Part shown: positions 18,880 through 27,773 of the stretch, one piece after another
Numbering within the stretch: the first letter of the stretch is position 1
Layout: each line of letters starts with the position of its first letter
Origin: a virus
Lineage: Duplodnaviria > Caudoviricetes
DNA length: 64,000 bases
IMG/VR virus record: IMGVR_UViG_2936514734_000001
Coordinates: 1 to 64,000 of that record
Reading direction: 5' to 3' (one strand)
Notes under the pieces: model-generated
Seen by the model: the letters and a program-made list of their open reading frames with translations, nothing else
The model's database searches: none
What the model was told of the DNA's origin: nothing
Program-made: the position numbers and the translations under genes

Positions 18880-20557
18880 GAAAAGAACCTATAATCTAGA
18901 AATCTATAAAAAGAAATTAAGAGAAGCAAAAGATGTTTATAAGAAACGAAAAGAGTTTATTGCTTCATTCCGATTACCTAAAACAGAGGAAGAGGAGGAA
19001 GAAGCAAACGCTGAAACAGGTAATGGTAACGCAGTAGGTGATCAAGGGCTTGGTAGTGAAGGTTCAGCGGCTGCCGCTACCTACTATCTAAACAACTTTC
19101 GTGTCTCTACTCCATTTGCTCCAGATGGAATTCAAGATGGCGTCCACAAAAACGGACATCGGGGTATAGATTTAGCTAGTAAGGATGGTAAATCAATTCT
19201 AGGAAAACCTATTGTATCTCTTACTGATGGAACTGTAGTTGAGGTCTTAATTAATAGTTCAGATGCAGGAAATGGTGCACGAATTAAAGCTCCTAATGGA
19301 TATCTGTATTCATATATTCACATGCAAGAAGCTCCTATGGTTAAGGTTGGCGACACAGTAACTGCTAACCAGCAAATTGGGAAAATCGGAAGCACCGGGC
19401 ACTCGACCGGGCCACATTTGGACCTCAAGGTAAAAAATGAGAAAAATGAGTACATAGACCCATACGCATTACTGCAAGAGTTAGCAAAAGGAAGTTCTAG
19501 CAACACAAGCGGCGGCGGTGGAGATGATGGTAAAGGTCTAATTTCTCTCGCAAAAACTAAGATGAAAGCTCCTTATGTATTTGGTGCAGCGGGGCCTAAC
19601 ACTTTTGACTGTTCAGGTTTTGTGTGTTGGGTTTACAACCAACGAGGTTACAAGTTTGGTAGATCAACAGCCGCTGGTTATTACTCAATGTTTCAAGCTA
19701 CATCCAATCCTAAACCTGGCGATCTTATATTCTTTAGTAATACGTATAAACCTGGTGTATCCCACATTGGTATATGGATGGGAGGAAATGAATTCATTCA
19801 TACTGCCAATAAAAGAAATGGTGTTCAAATTTCTCAATTGACTGGTTACTACAAAAATAAGTTTACTGGATTCAGAACAATTCAAAGCTCCTACTATAAA
19901 GGAGGAGGTTCTTCTAAAAGCCTAGCAATAAAGACAAGAGCAGAAAGTTTTGCCGCTTTAGATTCTGTAGGAGAAGTTGGAGATAGCGAAACATATCCTC
20001 CTATTGAAGAAGAAGGTTCGTATGAAAGCAAAAACAAAGTAGTTTATTCTTATAATCCAGTTCGCTTTATAGGAAATTCTATACGTCAATCAAGTGATAC
20101 AAGAGAAGTGTTCTTACATAACCGTGTAGGGTGGGCTAGATCCATAAACTACGAACAGTTTGAGTCATTAAATAAGGAATTGTTTATACATCAAGAACAT
20201 TATGATGGGCATGAAGGAAACTTATATTCTCCGGACGCAAAAAAGCTATTTGAAAACTTGCTTTTGAAAACTAAAAAACCTTACTTTGAAGTCATTAGCG
20301 GATTTAGATTTAGTAATCAAGGGCAGATTTCTCCACATGAAGCAGGGTGTGCCATAGATATACTCGTTAGAGAAATTGACGAAGTAAGAGAAATAGCGGA
20401 TTGTGCATGGATGCTTGGCGTAAGATCAATAGGCATAGGTGGAGATTTTGAGCAAAAGAAAGGGTTCATACATTTAGATATTGCACCAAAAGGTGATGAC
20501 TTTATGTACGATGGAATTCCTATTTATGGTGGACCCGGAAAGTGGGTGAGTCAATGA
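18863..20557 (+). CDS. Virion peptidoglycan hydrolase: M23 + NlpC/P60 + M15-like domains
   Basis: HRGIDL...YIHM...STGPHLD (M23); FDCSGF...HIGI...FIHT (NlpC/P60); SPHEAGCAIDI...FIHLD (M15). Confidence 0.88.
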   Translation: MASDDKKRTYNLEIYKKKLREAKDVYKKRKEFIASFRLPKTEEEEEEANAETGNGNAVGDQGLGSEGSAAAATYYLNNFRVSTPFAPDGIQDGVHKNGHRGIDLASKDGKSILGKPIVSLTDGTVVEVLINSSDAGNGARIKAPNGYLYSYIHMQEAPMVKVGDTVTANQQIGKIGSTGHSTGPHLDLKVKNEKNEYIDPYALLQELAKGSSSNTSGGGGDDGKGLISLAKTKMKAPYVFGAAGPNTFDCSGFVCWVYNQRGYKFGRSTAAGYYSMFQATSNPKPGDLIFFSNTYKPGVSHIGIWMGGNEFIHTANKRNGVQISQLTGYYKNKFTGFRTIQSSYYKGGGSSKSLAIKTRAESFAALDSVGEVGDSETYPPIEEEGSYESKNKVVYSYNPVRFIGNSIRQSSDTREVFLHNRVGWARSINYEQFESLNKELFIHQEHYDGHEGNLYSPDAKKLFENLLLKTKKPYFEVISGFRFSNQGQISPHEAGCAIDILVREIDEVREIADCAWMLGVRSIGIGGDFEQKKGFIHLDIAPKGDDFMYDGIPIYGGPGKWVSQ

Positions 20558-20919
20558 ATTTTAATAGTCAAATTCATCAATCAATCTATAAAAAAGTTGT
20601 TTTGCCTTCTTTGAATAGATTACAAGGAACAATCGAAGGATATGTAATTCAAGTTGATTATACAAAATTAGTTTGTGAAGTCGTTTATACAGACGAAAAT
20701 GCACATTCCCTAAGAACAATGAAAAACGTTGCTCTACCTAAAGATGCTGATGGTGTATTTACTCAATCAGTAAAGAATGGTGACCGCGTTACAATTTCCT
20801 TCAAAAACAAGTCAAAAGAATCCCCTTATATCTCAACTATCTATAAAGGAAATCATAGTGAGGAAGCCTATCTGAGTCCTTATGGTGGGCGTACTATTCG
20901 ACAATCACGTATTTTTTAA
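20554..20919 (+). CDS. Baseplate spike N-terminal OB-fold-like protein
   Basis: EGYVIQVDY...NVALP...GDRVTISFKN...PYI pattern of gp5/gpV OB domains; ATG at 20554 overlaps the upstream stop (ATGA). Confidence 0.6.
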   Translation: MNFNSQIHQSIYKKVVLPSLNRLQGTIEGYVIQVDYTKLVCEVVYTDENAHSLRTMKNVALPKDADGVFTQSVKNGDRVTISFKNKSKESPYISTIYKGNHSEEAYLSPYGGRTIRQSRIF

Positions 20920-20934
20920 GAAAGGAGAATTCCA

Positions 20935-21504
20935 TTGAGCGATGCATACGTAAATAAGACCTATAATGATGGTGATAAAGATATATACCTCCCTTATTGG
21001 CGGCAAGTCATACAAAAAGAATTAGTAAACTCTTCTCCCCAGAGTTTAGAAAAAGAGCAAGAGAAACGTCAATTCATTAGCGAAGATGAAATAGCACTCA
21101 AACACCCAATAACAGGATCGACTATTAAACTATGTGATGACGGATCATTTGAACTGTTTGTCAATGAAGATACAGGGATTCGTCTTGATCCTAAAGATAA
21201 TAGTATTATCTTCTATGGAGATTCTGTTCATTTTGCTACTAAAGAAATGCGAATGCATACTAAACCATATGGGCTTGTATGGAACAACCACAACTTTAAC
21301 CCATACCTCTATTATGGAGATAAAGTTGGAGAGAAGCGAAACATTCCTAAAGTTTCAATGGTTTCTAAAACAGAATCTGGTGAATCTACAATAAATGCAC
21401 CGCTATTTCAAGAGACAACACGTAAACAATATTTCGATAGCAAAGTAAACTCAATAATTGAGGAATTAGGCATTGAAACTTCAAGAATAAAGAGAGGAGG
21501 TTAA
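20935..21504 (+). CDS. Baseplate spike beta-strand-repeat (gpV C-terminal-like) protein
   Basis: LKHPITGSTIKLCDDGSFELF pattern; position between the OB-fold gene and gp25; TTG start with RBS aaggag. Confidence 0.5.
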   Translation: MSDAYVNKTYNDGDKDIYLPYWRQVIQKELVNSSPQSLEKEQEKRQFISEDEIALKHPITGSTIKLCDDGSFELFVNEDTGIRLDPKDNSIIFYGDSVHFATKEMRMHTKPYGLVWNNHNFNPYLYYGDKVGEKRNIPKVSMVSKTESGESTINAPLFQETTRKQYFDSKVNSIIEELGIETSRIKRGG

Positions 21505-21507
21505 ACA

Positions 21508-21996
21508 ATGAAAGTAGATTTTCGTTTTTCTTCTGAAGGAGATTTAGAATTAGGTTCTCCAAGCTTTAATGATTTAGGAGAGTTACTGTATGTTAATCCT
21601 CTTGGGGAAGTTTCCACTGATAGTTCGGAAGGTGAATTAATTAGAGACATACCGCTACAAGTCTCATATCTAAGTGAAAAGCAAGTTATTATCAATCGTC
21701 TAAGAACTGATAACCCTGATTGGTTGTTGCATCCTGAAATAGGAGCGAATTTATCTGACTTAGTTGGGCTACCAAATACAAGAGCCACAGGCGAAAAAGG
21801 AAGAGAACTTATTGAAAACAGTTTAACTAGTGATGGATTTATTAATATCAGTGACCTAACAGTGAGACCTGTGCCGATAAGTTCTAGTGAGATTTTATTT
21901 CATATAACTGTCAAAAGAAATACAACAGATTTAGTAATGCCTGTACTCTTTGATTTATCACATGGGTTACTAACTGAATACGAGGTGAACAACTAA
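21508..21996 (+). CDS. gp25/GpW-like baseplate wedge (sheath initiator)
   Basis: QVIINRLRTDNPDWLLHPEIGANL motif; size and position. Confidence 0.8.
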   Translation: MKVDFRFSSEGDLELGSPSFNDLGELLYVNPLGEVSTDSSEGELIRDIPLQVSYLSEKQVIINRLRTDNPDWLLHPEIGANLSDLVGLPNTRATGEKGRELIENSLTSDGFINISDLTVRPVPISSSEILFHITVKRNTTDLVMPVLFDLSHGLLTEYEVNN

Positions 21997-22796
21997 TGAG
22001 AAAGTCACAAAATGAAATGCTCGAAAGTGTTCTAACAAGATTGAGAACACAAGCTGGTATTACCGAAACAAGCCCTGGATCTATTGCACGAATGTTTGCA
22101 GAGATAATGATACAAGAGTTTAGTCCTTTTTATGATGAACTAGATTTAGCTACTTCTATGGGATTTGTTTCAACCGCTACTGGCACATATCTTGATTTGA
22201 TTGGTGAATTATTAGATTGTGCTAGAAATGAAAATGAAGACGACGAAAATTATCGCGCAAGAATCAGCAATCAAGTATCCGTGCAACAAACTGCAAATTT
22301 AATCTCCTTACGTTTAAAAGCCCTTCAAATAGACGGCGTAGCGGATGTTCAGTTCAAACGATTCACACAAGGTACAGGTTCGTTTACTTGCTACGTTATT
22401 CCCCAAGTATACCCCATTACTACAGATGTTCTAATCCAAGTAGAAAACGCTCTTAACGATACAGCAGGATATGGTACGGCTGTTGAAGTAAAGGTTAGCG
22501 ATTATAGCCCTGTAGACATCACCATGAATTTAATTTTCAACTCCAAAACAACTACCCTCGAAAGACAATATATCCGAAATCAAGTTGTTCAAAATGTAAG
22601 TGCCTATATGAAAGGGTTAAATATGGGTTCACCAATCATCATTAATGAGATTATACAGCGTGTCATGGAAACAAGTGAGCAGATTCTTGATATGGAAATC
22701 AAAGAGCTTGTTGTTTCGGACAAGCAGTACTTTATTAAGAATATTGAGCCTTCTATAGAAGAACGATATTTCTTACGTACAATCAATGTAGCTTAG
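21996..22796 (+). CDS. Baseplate J-like wedge protein (short form)
   Basis: PGSIAR...TATGTYLDLIG...EDDENYRARI...GVADV motifs. Confidence 0.82.
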   Translation: MRKSQNEMLESVLTRLRTQAGITETSPGSIARMFAEIMIQEFSPFYDELDLATSMGFVSTATGTYLDLIGELLDCARNENEDDENYRARISNQVSVQQTANLISLRLKALQIDGVADVQFKRFTQGTGSFTCYVIPQVYPITTDVLIQVENALNDTAGYGTAVEVKVSDYSPVDITMNLIFNSKTTTLERQYIRNQVVQNVSAYMKGLNMGSPIIINEIIQRVMETSEQILDMEIKELVVSDKQYFIKNIEPSIEERYFLRTINVA

Positions 22797-22813
22797 GAAG
22801 CAGGTGAATAGTA

Positions 22814-24397
22814 TTGTTAAACAAACACACAACAAGCATGATGTCTATGCTGCCGCAATGGATGAAGATGGCGAAAGATCCTGAATCTGTAGGAGCCAAT
22901 TTCTTAAATGCGTTTGGCATAGAACTAGCAGAAATGGAACAATACATTGAGCAAATGTGGAACAATATGTACATTGGAACAGCTGATTTAAAATCGGCTG
23001 ATTTCTGTTATAAAGTTCCGCTTGCTCTCCGTGATGTTGTAGATGTATCAACCTTAGAACTTCATGTTCGTATCGTTATTGATGGAGTAAGAACAGATTG
23101 TATGCCTGTAGATACTTTACGTATGTTCTTTGAAAACGATGAAAACTCGTACATGATCGATACTAATGAAGGATATGTTTACATCAAAGTCCGAGACTAT
23201 TACATGAAAGACAATATCTTCAAACCTTTCGATGCGATAGAAGTAGGAGACACCCTCCATTATGAATATATGCTTCATCAAATTTGGAATGTATTTGATG
23301 AGTTTGGAATGTTACTTGGTATCTATCGATTACCCGGTGAACGGAACGAAGCATTTAAAAATCGTATTTTAGATGTATTTAAAAATCCTGGTGGCTCTTC
23401 TAAACAAGGGCTAATTAATGGAATTAGTAGAGAGCTTGGTATTGAGCATTCTCAAGTCAAACTAGGCGCCCTAAGTGACAGCAACTATGTTCAGTCTGAA
23501 CTGATTAATCCGGATGGAACCCCTAGCGAAAAATACATTAATTATGTAAATCAAATTAACAGTAACCTTGGTTTTTCGTGGGATCACATGAACTGGGGAG
23601 AAGCTTATTGGAGAAGCGTTGAAGAAAACAATATGGGCTTTCATTATCTGCCTCACATATGGGATGGTTTTTCTGCTCAGTGGAAAGACAATGAAGTTCA
23701 GTCTGGTATCGGTAGTGGGGATGACCTGTTAGTAACCGCTCCAAAAGAAGAGTCTTCTGTAAGAGAGTTTAAGGCTTATGTAGGTCTTCATGGTACAGAA
23801 GAACAAGTAGAAGAAAACCATCCTGAAGTGCAGTTCAAATACAAGATTGTGGCTAAAGGAAAAATTCCTAATGATGAATATGAGTTAGAAGCTTATAAAC
23901 ATACGGTTTATGCTTCAGAAATTATTCCTCTTCATTATGTATTAGTAGCAATGAGGGAGTTTCTTTACCAGACACACATTAGTTGGGACAACCGCTATGG
24001 ATACACTTTTAGTGACAATACAACGCCCGGCATGGAAATTATCACAGGGGAAGATGTATTACACAATGAGGAAGAGAGATATGTAAGACTTCATGTAGGT
24101 ATGAAAACCACGGATAGAACAGTGACACCAGTTTTAGAAGAGCTTATAGTGAAGTGGACTGATAGTAATGATCAACCACAAACCTATACCCTAACTACTG
24201 ATAGCGATTTTACTTCAAATAGTACAATGGCTCAGGCTACTTTAAGTGATGTAGAAGTGGGCAACAACTCTATTACTCTTGGAAAAGGTTCTTTCTCCGC
24301 TGTTATTGATACAGAGGGTTCTTTCCTTAAAGGTACAACGGGTATTTCAGTGAAGGTAGATAGAGCTGGTTCCATATCTTTAAATCTACCAAATTAA
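22814..24397 (+). CDS. Baseplate wedge protein (gpI-like)
   Basis: MLPQWM N-terminus; FDEFGMLLGIYRLPGERNEAFKNRIL; follows the J-like gene. Confidence 0.55.
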   Translation: MLNKHTTSMMSMLPQWMKMAKDPESVGANFLNAFGIELAEMEQYIEQMWNNMYIGTADLKSADFCYKVPLALRDVVDVSTLELHVRIVIDGVRTDCMPVDTLRMFFENDENSYMIDTNEGYVYIKVRDYYMKDNIFKPFDAIEVGDTLHYEYMLHQIWNVFDEFGMLLGIYRLPGERNEAFKNRILDVFKNPGGSSKQGLINGISRELGIEHSQVKLGALSDSNYVQSELINPDGTPSEKYINYVNQINSNLGFSWDHMNWGEAYWRSVEENNMGFHYLPHIWDGFSAQWKDNEVQSGIGSGDDLLVTAPKEESSVREFKAYVGLHGTEEQVEENHPEVQFKYKIVAKGKIPNDEYELEAYKHTVYASEIIPLHYVLVAMREFLYQTHISWDNRYGYTFSDNTTPGMEIITGEDVLHNEEERYVRLHVGMKTTDRTVTPVLEELIVKWTDSNDQPQTYTLTTDSDFTSNSTMAQATLSDVEVGNNSITLGKGSFSAVIDTEGSFLKGTTGISVKVDRAGSISLNLPN

Positions 24398-24414
24398 TAA
24401 GGAGTGAATAGCCA

Positions 24415-25530
24415 ATGGCTGATAACGGATCAACAGCTAATGCAGTAGGGAACAGTATTTATCCTGATCTTATTCTTACTCGATTCCCTCAAACATTCGA
24501 CGAACGTAGCGGTTCTAAAAGTAATCCAAACTTGCTACGACAAACAAACTTAAAAGATTATAACATGGCAGAGCATGTCAACTCTCTGCAAGATGCAGTT
24601 ATGGCTATCCAACGTATGTTAGGTGAAATGGCTCAAATGCCTGCGAAGCCAACAGATGCACAGGGCAATCCAATAACTGACCCAACAGCTTTAACTAACT
24701 TAGCCAAAACATCGACTGTTAAAGGTCGAATAGATGCAATTGAAACGCATGACTGGTATGCAGATTTCGATAAGCGATACGGTGGCGATACTTGGACTTA
24801 TGATGAAAATAGAACTACGAATCCAACTATCCAAGAACACCGTCACTTAGGGGGAGCTTCCGGTATTCCGGGAATGCCTGAGAAGATTGTACTTACTCAA
24901 GAGGTTCAAGGTAAATTACCAAAGGCTAATGTGGACTTGTCTAAAACAGCTACAGGTATCACAGGAGCTGACGTTTATGTAGAGCCTACTTCTTCTACTA
25001 AAATTTCAGATGCAATTAATGATAAGATTTCTGAAACGACAGGTGGAACAATTAGTCAAACAGCTCAATTAAAAGTTCTAGGTAAAACAAATACTCGATG
25101 GACAAGAGAGTTTGACTCATTAGATGCTTCTACTACAGGAAATACATCTGTACAAGATGGTTCTACCCTACTCAATAAAGCTATTGAAAGTGGAGCAACT
25201 GCCGCTTCTGATTTATTAAATGTAAATCTATCAGGGATGTACTATGGACGATATGTAGCAATTGTTCGTTTATCCGCAAGTAGTCTTGCAGCCGGTGCTG
25301 TGGTTGAATTATCTGCTACCAATTCAAGTACAGGAGCTGTTATTAATAAAGTGACACTTAATGGTGATGACTTTGATACAGCCAGTAAGTACAAAACATT
25401 TTATTTAATTTTTAACCATGATGGTCAAACAAAATTACGTGTTCGTAAATTAAGTACAACTGCTTCTGTAAAGGTTCGATTCGACTATGCTTTAGTTGAG
25501 CCAGTTCATCCTGCAGTATTTGACCGATAA
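24415..25530 (+). CDS. Tail fibre/baseplate appendage protein
   Basis: N-terminal AEHVNSLQDAVMAIQRMLG motif; C-terminal beta-sandwich-like region. Confidence 0.5.
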   Translation: MADNGSTANAVGNSIYPDLILTRFPQTFDERSGSKSNPNLLRQTNLKDYNMAEHVNSLQDAVMAIQRMLGEMAQMPAKPTDAQGNPITDPTALTNLAKTSTVKGRIDAIETHDWYADFDKRYGGDTWTYDENRTTNPTIQEHRHLGGASGIPGMPEKIVLTQEVQGKLPKANVDLSKTATGITGADVYVEPTSSTKISDAINDKISETTGGTISQTAQLKVLGKTNTRWTREFDSLDASTTGNTSVQDGSTLLNKAIESGATAASDLLNVNLSGMYYGRYVAIVRLSASSLAAGAVVELSATNSSTGAVINKVTLNGDDFDTASKYKTFYLIFNHDGQTKLRVRKLSTTASVKVRFDYALVEPVHPAVFDR

Positions 25531-25546
25531 GAAGGAGGACATTTAG

Positions 25547-27727
25547 ATGGCGAAACGACCAGAAGGACTATCTCCAAACTTTAACTCTATTGTGTCTCCT
25601 CAAATTCCTTCATCATTAATCTTCTCTTGGACGTTTATTCGTGAAAATTCATCTGATTATCAAAAAGCAGCAGAGGTGAAAGTTTATTCAGAGGGCTCTA
25701 ATACAGCCCTCATTACCGTATCTGCAGGGACTTCTCAGGAAATAGACCTCACGACTCAACTAGGTAAACTTGACTTAGAGCAAGCATATGAATGGGAAGT
25801 TAAAATAACAGCAGCTAATAACACTACTGTGTACAGTGGAAGAAAACCATTCCAATATGTTTCAGTATTTATCACAAGCTCATTAGAATGGCCTACTGGT
25901 CCAGAGGCATACGAATACATTGGAACACGTCAATACTTCAATGAGATTCAAGCTAATGCCTTACAAGTTCTAGAAGATTATGTGGTGGATTCTAAAGAGG
26001 AACAGAATATGTATGCATCTGCTGAAGGATTATTTTCTGGAGATATCGTTCCTAGTAGAAATGACTTTGTCACAATTGAAAATATTCTAGGTTTAATTGC
26101 TAAGAAAGAAAGTACGTATAAAGATGAAGTTGATGACCTAATTGAGGATGGTCTAGGAGCACAAGATATTCATAAAATATATGCATTCTTTGACAGATTG
26201 ACTAAGATTCCGCCTCAAGCACCAGCTAATATTTCCTTATCGTTTAGTGATATTCCCCATCTTAATATTGCAGATGGAAGCGTTAGTAATAATGGCCAAT
26301 CAGATTTAACCGTAGATATTAAATGGAATCCTACGGATCTTGAAATAGGTACGTGTGCAATTAATATCGGTAGTGATTTAACAGAGGATATTTCATACTA
26401 CTCAATTGATTTAACAGTAGGCTTTACCGATTACTCTTGTACACATACGCTTATATATCGATTAGAGGATTTAGAAGCAATGAATAGGCAAATTGATGTT
26501 GCTATGGATCATATCAACTTTGAACATCTTTCATCTAGTAAGCAGACACGTTATGAATTTAATGCAGTCGCTGTAGATAAAAGAGGTGATGTATCAAGTC
26601 ACTATTCAAAACTCTACAATGTTGATGATGTACCATTAGGTGTAAAAAGCTATCAATTATGTGCACAGCAAAAAGACTTGCTTGACCAAAAAGTTATCAA
26701 GCAATATTACGACATTTACAACGGCACTGCTAAAGCTTATGTTCATAAGGTAACAGGTAATGTAGATGGTGTTTATCATTATGCAGTACGTTTATATGAT
26801 AAGAACGGCAGAATAAGCCCATGGTTCTACATTCCTGATAAGGTAAAACTAGATCCTTTAAAACCTCCCGCTGCACCAAAGCCATATGTAAAACAAGTAG
26901 ACACTGATTCTATGGTGTTCGAATGGCCTTATGTAAAAGATGCAGACCGATATGAAATAGACCCCTTGTATTCGACTGTACCTAACTGGATTATTACTTA
27001 TAATTCAAAAGAGATAAGCAGTCTACAGGAAAACACTTTGTACTCAGTAAGAATCAGAGCCATTAACAGAGCAGGAAGTTCTGCTTGGGTAACTGTTTCA
27101 GGTAGAACAAAAGCTAAACCTATTGTGACCTATACTCAAAAGAATATTCGAAGCAGAACATGGCGTACAGCTTATTTCATTCATAAGCAGAATGGAAGTA
27201 TTACAAGACCTGCAGCTGAATATCGCTACGAATTGGATAACAATGAAGTTATTCATGGAGAGTGGATAGAGTTAAGAGACAAGATAGAGAGTGGTATTGC
27301 TGTTAAGAAAGGCACAAAGTGGGGGAATCATAAATCCCTATACTTCCTTGATTATGCTGGATGGCAAAGCAGGTTAAAAGGAAAAGAAATTGTAGATGTG
27401 AAATTCTACATCAGACGTAAAACTACCCCGCACGGATACCCTGATGACGGACGTTTCTTGCATGTATGGTCTCATAACTATGCAAATGTAAATAGTTTAC
27501 CTCCTGAAAATAAGGGACCTAACCTAGCGGATCACTACAAAGTAGATAAGCTAGACTGGGATCGTGGACAATCTCACTGGGTTACACTACCTAAGTCATA
27601 TGGAGAAAAGATACGTGACGGAAAAATAAAAGGGTTTGCTTTTCATCACCCAACTTCTGATCGTGCTCCATATTCTTATATGCGTTTTGATGCAGATACA
27701 ATTCAATTTCAAATTAGATATAAGTAG
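25547..27727 (+). CDS. FN3-containing tail protein with C-terminal receptor-binding-like domain
   Basis: LQENTLYSVRIRAINRAGSSAW (FN3); C-terminal LKGKEIVDVKFYIRR...WVTLP...IKGFAF domain of the type seen in Bacillota phage tail proteins. Confidence 0.65.
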   Translation: MAKRPEGLSPNFNSIVSPQIPSSLIFSWTFIRENSSDYQKAAEVKVYSEGSNTALITVSAGTSQEIDLTTQLGKLDLEQAYEWEVKITAANNTTVYSGRKPFQYVSVFITSSLEWPTGPEAYEYIGTRQYFNEIQANALQVLEDYVVDSKEEQNMYASAEGLFSGDIVPSRNDFVTIENILGLIAKKESTYKDEVDDLIEDGLGAQDIHKIYAFFDRLTKIPPQAPANISLSFSDIPHLNIADGSVSNNGQSDLTVDIKWNPTDLEIGTCAINIGSDLTEDISYYSIDLTVGFTDYSCTHTLIYRLEDLEAMNRQIDVAMDHINFEHLSSSKQTRYEFNAVAVDKRGDVSSHYSKLYNVDDVPLGVKSYQLCAQQKDLLDQKVIKQYYDIYNGTAKAYVHKVTGNVDGVYHYAVRLYDKNGRISPWFYIPDKVKLDPLKPPAAPKPYVKQVDTDSMVFEWPYVKDADRYEIDPLYSTVPNWIITYNSKEISSLQENTLYSVRIRAINRAGSSAWVTVSGRTKAKPIVTYTQKNIRSRTWRTAYFIHKQNGSITRPAAEYRYELDNNEVIHGEWIELRDKIESGIAVKKGTKWGNHKSLYFLDYAGWQSRLKGKEIVDVKFYIRRKTTPHGYPDDGRFLHVWSHNYANVNSLPPENKGPNLADHYKVDKLDWDRGQSHWVTLPKSYGEKIRDGKIKGFAFHHPTSDRAPYSYMRFDADTIQFQIRYK

Positions 27728-27757
27728 GGGGAGAATTGCTCTCTCCCTTATTTTTTT
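27726..27757 (+). terminator. Intrinsic terminator
   Basis: agggggaga-attgc-tctctccct followed by tattttttt. Confidence 0.7.
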
Positions 27758-27773
27758 AAGGTGGTGACACAGA

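Noticed and set aside
9976-24397. Interpretation as T6SS, eCIS or tailocin
   Set aside because: No secretion membrane complex or AAA ATPase is visible, and an RNA polymerase plus the scale of the fibre genes favours a large phage; head genes are outside the window, so this is not formally excluded.
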